Below, one piece after another: positions 18,995 through 64,000 of a DNA stretch of 64,000 nucleotides. The notes beneath the pieces are model-generated. The model made no database searches, was not told the origin of the DNA, and worked only from the letters and a program-made list of their open reading frames with translations. Both the position numbers and the translations under genes were made by a program. Origin of the DNA: Amoebidium appalachense (lineage: Eukaryota > Protista > Ichthyosporea); contig CAVNZM010000015.1 in the NCBI GenBank assembly GCA_963693365.1, positions 1,860,001 through 1,924,000 of the forward strand, written 5' to 3'. Numbering within the stretch: position 1 is the stretch's first letter; each line of letters starts with the position of its first letter.

Positions 18995-20100
18995 GTTGTG
19001 CCAAAGCCGCTTCTTGCACTTATGACCATTACAAAGCTAATTATGTGCGGCAACATTTGCACACAGTTTCAGTATGTACCAGGCACTTCCATGATTGCTG
19101 CAATTCGTTTCACACAACTTTTGAGATGATACAGGCGACCACAAAATGAACATAAATGTTCTACACTAGTACACTACAGTACAGCAATAAAAAGGGGTCT
19201 GACAGACTCTGACTGGCTAACAAGCAGTGACGTTGCATTCCGCGGGATAAATCCCTGAGTTTTGATTGATCAGTCTTAGCCATACTAATCCTTCAAAACT
19301 TCATTTGTGGGGGCTGCATGCTTTGCGTATTTGCGCTCCTTTTCACCTTGCCACCTTTTTATTTTGCTTAAGTGCTGTATCCGATCCTACTTTTGAATAG
19401 TATAATTAAACCATTATATAAAAACATTAAAACTACAAACATGTATTTTGATTCTAATTTTTCCCCCTCCACCTTAATTTTACAACCAAAAAAAAAAAAA
19501 AAAAAAAAAAAAAACAATCAGCTAGTAAGTCTAGAGTCAGATCTTGCCTGAAATTTTCCACGTTACTATGCCAGCACCCCCTGCTTTGAAGATACGGGGG
19601 ATCCCCTTCATGTTCGTGAGCATAAACGAAACGAAAGTCGATTACTCACTGGTACCACTGTTTCACCAAGTCACAAGACAGATGACCGAAGCGAAAGGGA
19701 GCTGTAGGATATGATATGACATGAAGTGTGTGTGTAGGTATATACTGCAGTTCATTGCACTTAGATAGACATGTGTAGTTAAGCAACTATAGTGCTACAC
19801 TAGTAACCAATGGCACGCACTGACTTATTTTCCGATCTGTTGTATGACATGGGATACATTCAAGCAATAACGCAAGTGTCAGTCCCAAAGCTCGCAACTT
19901 CATGAAACAACACAAAAAAGCAGGAGTATGCGCGCGTATGCCAATAAAAATCAAAGAGTGGAATCCATGAAGAGACCCCACCACCAAAAACACTTTTACC
20001 TCTAGCTTTGTTTACCATTCTCTCATTCTCTCTTCTTTAACATTCTCGCATCATACTTCTTTCCAAACCTTAGAGAAGTCAATCCCAACTTTTGGTCACT

Positions 20101-26319
<6,219 letters not shown>

Positions 26320-27114
26320 GCAGTTCAATTTCTTGTATCACGCAAAGCGTAGCATAAACGTCTTAAACTTTGAGTAATGCATACCCCCCCCCCCCCCCCC
26401 CTTTTCTTCCCCCCCGTCCCCCCCCCCCTCCCCCCCCCCCCCCCCAAAAAAAAAATAAAAAAATAAAAATAAAAAATAAAATAACCTGCATACCTGTGAA
26501 TGTTCTCGCTCCTTCCTCTTCCCCTCTTCTCTTTTCTTTCCATATTTTTCTCCAATCACCTTTACAGTTCCAAGGCATATAAATAACCCCGAAAGCTGGA
26601 TGTGCTCTCCGTCCTGCCGGAAACTTTTGTATTTTCGGAATGTCTGTGAGATATCTCGCTAGCTTATGGGCAGTGATAAGTCGGTCGAGTCTCGATTTTT
26701 TCTGGCTTGCTATCTGCAATTTTTTGTAATTTTTTTTTTTTGTGCAGAGAGAAAAGCCTGCAAAGTGTCACATAATGCCAATATTAGCACCATTCTGGCT
26801 TTAGATTACGATTTTGGCCCCTAGTAAGAGGAAACAGTGGGTTTCTTTTTTCTTTTTTTTTTTCTTTTTTTTTTTCCCGGCTTGGCTGTTTATCTCGTTT
26901 TTTTTAATGCAGCGTTGAATTATTCTGGCTCGGTTGTGTCGTATATCCATTTAAGGCTTATGCAAGTCCATGTAGATGTACATTTCCCTTAAAGCGTGCA
27001 CAAGCACGGACACGCACATGCACATATGGAGACGCGCACACGCATACCTGCACCTACACATACAGGCACGTGCGCGCGAATGTGCACACACACCCACACA
27101 CACGTGTGTGCACA

Positions 27115-27180
<66 letters not shown>

Positions 27181-27568
27181 GTGACGCAGTGCTTTCTTCG
27201 GAGTGTATCTCTCTCTTTATTCGGATCGCTAGCTTTGCCATATGTGGCATTTATTGTCACTGATGTTTTGCGTTGAATCCAAAAGTGATAGTATTTAAAA
27301 AATAAAGCATTTCCCGTACATGTATCCTATTTATGGCGAGGTTTTACTTCGAGTTTTTATATTACGACTTAGAAGAGTTGTAGTGTGCAACACTGTATTT
27401 GTCCTTCTGACATCTTGGCATACGACTTTCGATACTTAGGATACTTTCGAACAAAGGAATAAAGAAGAGGGGTGCATATGCACACCTGTTTTTTGGGTCA
27501 TGAACGGTCAGTACATGCGTTACTGAGGGACTACCCATGACTGTACGAATTGTTTGTCTGCCATAAGA

Positions 27569-27654
<86 letters not shown>

Positions 27655-28077
27655 CTTGACTGTGTTTGTGTCTGTGCACGTGTCTGTGTGTGCCTGTGTG
27701 TGCGCGCGAACACGGGTGCTTGTGTTCTTGGGTGTGTGTGTGTCTGTGTACGTAGGTGTATGTATGCACCCTTCCCATGCATGGAGCTGTGCATATCCCT
27801 GTAGTTGAATTCAAGTGCACCAACATAACCCCGAAAGATGACATGCTCCAATCAGACACTAAAGGTGTCTTTCTCGACCAATCAAATACACATGGAACGA
27901 GGATCGAGCCAATGTTTTCAATGCATCTACAGGTGACCACAACAAAACCACCCCATTTAGCCAATGATGTCAACGGATCTGAAAACGGTCATCCCATTTA
28001 GCCAATGCAACGGATCTGAATACAATCATCCCCTTTAGCCAATAATTTAAATGCACCTGCACGTGATCAGAATGTGA

Positions 28078-61440
<33,363 letters not shown>

Positions 61441-62891
61441 GTTTATAGCGAGTGAGTGAGTGCACGGACGTGCCTTAACGAATGAGACGGATCTCTAAGA
61501 GAGACGAGGATGAACACAAGTACGGCTACAGTGTCGTACCACCCATGCCCGTGCCGTTAATGTTTGCTCTGCCTGAATGTAAAAGCTATTGTAGAGGAGC
61601 TAGACGCTTATCATCTAGGCCAGCCTACAGCCAACAAAAGGCTTTAGATCTAAGGTGGTGTTGGGTGTTCACGAACCGAGCCGGCTTCTCTTACTTGATG
61701 TCTCATACAACCCTTCTCCTCCTGTTATTACATGCCACGTACGTATATATCGAGGGGCGCATCACTATTTGTATTGTCCTCGTTTCTTTGAATAATTATT
61801 GCTTTCGGCAAAGGAAGTCACACACACACACTGTCTTCAGACTTGTGGACTCGAGCGGAGAGAGGATGGCTCATAGCTCCAAATTTTGATACTCTCTCAG
61901 CCAATCGAAACGGCGCGCACTGTTTTGGCGCCAGTCTCCCGTGACTCGATCTATGGAGATTCCGGGGATCATATTGTTGGGTGACAGACTCTTTGGTCTT
62001 TTTGTTTGCCTTGTTTTGTTTTGTTTTTTGTTCTTATTTATTTCTTTTTTGCAATTGGTTGCCGTGTAGTAAATGAACATAGAAGTAGGTGTACGTATCT
62101 GCATGCTCTCTGCACCATAATTCCGCTTTTTGCAGAATTTGACAACTGTAAGTAATCTTGATTAGCTATTTATTTTGCGGAGAAATTCAGGACTGCTGAA
62201 TATATTTTACACTGCTGAATATATTCTGCTAAAAAGCAGAAAAGAAAATAAATTTATTGATTCACGCGATTTTTTCTTAAACAGTTCTGTTTTGTGTATG
62301 CTAATGATTTTTAAAATAATAATGCTTCTTTTAGCGAACTTACTCTGCGTAAATTCTGCGAAATTTTTTTATATTGATCTGTGTTTTCATGAATAAATCT
62401 GAATAACTTTGTTTTAGTTGGGGAATAATTCAGCTCGCAAAATGTTTATATAGATCTGCTGATAGCAGTGGGCCTCTGATAGGGAGAGAGAGAATAGACT
62501 TCGAAGGTGCTAAGGCTAGGCATGAAGAGGCAATCATGGTTAGCCCGGAAATGTGTAGGGAAAAACAGCGGAGAATGGGGGTGGATACTCTAATATTATA
62601 ATCCGAATAATAATTATGTGCACTGGGGATGAAACCGGGGGAAAGGCTGCGTGGGAGGGGGGAGACACAGCTGTGTGAGAGAGGCCTTGGGGGGGCTATT
62701 TAGGGGGGAGGGGGGGAGGGGGAGGGGGGGGCACGACAAACAAGAGCATGAAAAAAGAGAGGGAGAGAGTGGGGTGGAAAAGGGTGGAACGGGGAGGGTG
62801 GGGAGGGGGAAGGGGGGATGGGAGGGATAGAAGGGGGCTCCTCTGGCTAGATATGAGAAAAAGAGGGAGGAAGGGGGGAGAATGGGACAGT

Positions 62892-62927
<36 letters not shown>

Positions 62928-62934
62928 GAGAGCG

Positions 62935-63318
<384 letters not shown>

Positions 63319-64000
63319 GGGGAGGGAGGTGAGGGGGGGGGGGGGGGGGGGGAGGGGAGAGGGAGGGGAGGACGGATGCATACTGGGTTGTTTACATTAT
63401 GGCAACCCGTTCGCATAATCGCGGGTATCATACGGGAAACAGACATGCATATGGTTGAAATTTTGCAGAATCAGAACAGGGCGATACATCAACAAGCACT
63501 CCTTGATCACAATCGATGTCTCAAACATTGACTTCTACACTGGACCGGACCACGTCAGATTATAATGAACCTGCTTGAAGAACACAATTGTGTTCTACAA
63601 AACACTGCTTGTGTTGAACCAAAAAAAAAACAAAAAAAAACGGAATCAATCGATCAGCACAAAAGCAAACGGGGCTCCGCCTTTAGCAACCCTGAGTTAT
63701 CCAGCGCTAGTAAGCAGAGTTATTCTCCACTTTTTCTGCAAAAGCAGAAAATTAATATGATACAAAAACGAATCATTGAATCCGATTTCACTTGCACAGA
63801 AATGATCCTTCCGTACCGAAATTGTTCTGCTATAGAGACGTGTGCTGAGCTCGAGTGCCAAAAATACCCCCCCCCTCTAAACTCCCCCCCCTCCCCCCCC
63901 CTCCCCCCCCCCCCCTCCCCCCCCCCCTCCCCCCCCCCCCCCCCCCCCTTTGGATTTGGAGTCCGCCCCCATCCCCACCTCCCTGTGATGCACCCTCCCC

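Overview
Intron-dense eukaryotic genomic DNA. Most introns are roughly 0.3-1.7 kb and filled with poly(C)/poly(G), (CA)n and (GA)n tracts, so almost all six-frame ORFs are microsatellite artefacts. The animal-like synaptojanin and a FAT-like domain hint at a unicellular opisthokont/holozoan (inference only). By joining GT-AG exons in phase by hand I find five genes and a tRNA: (1) the 5' part of an unknown gene running off the left edge (-); (2) a NOSIP-family RING/U-box gene (-, 10 exons, one unresolved frame break); (3) a bacterial TrmA-type tRNA m5U methyltransferase with a putative mitochondrial presequence (+, 7 exons); (4) an elongator tRNA-Met gene (-); (5) an MgtE-type Mg2+ transporter (+, 8 exons); (6) a 33-kb, ~44-exon gene (-, ~1390 aa) with the architecture Sac1 - degenerate inositol 5-phosphatase - Pro-rich - RhoGAP - Pro-rich - FAT-like helical bundle. 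Non-coding highlights: a family of at least 12 intronic elements found only in the sense orientation of four different host genes, with a structured head and two alternative tails; a strand-specific intron grammar (poly(C) right after donors, (CA)n right before acceptors); a 180-nt hairpin; a duplicated exon; and two TIR elements. All alignments were done by eye.
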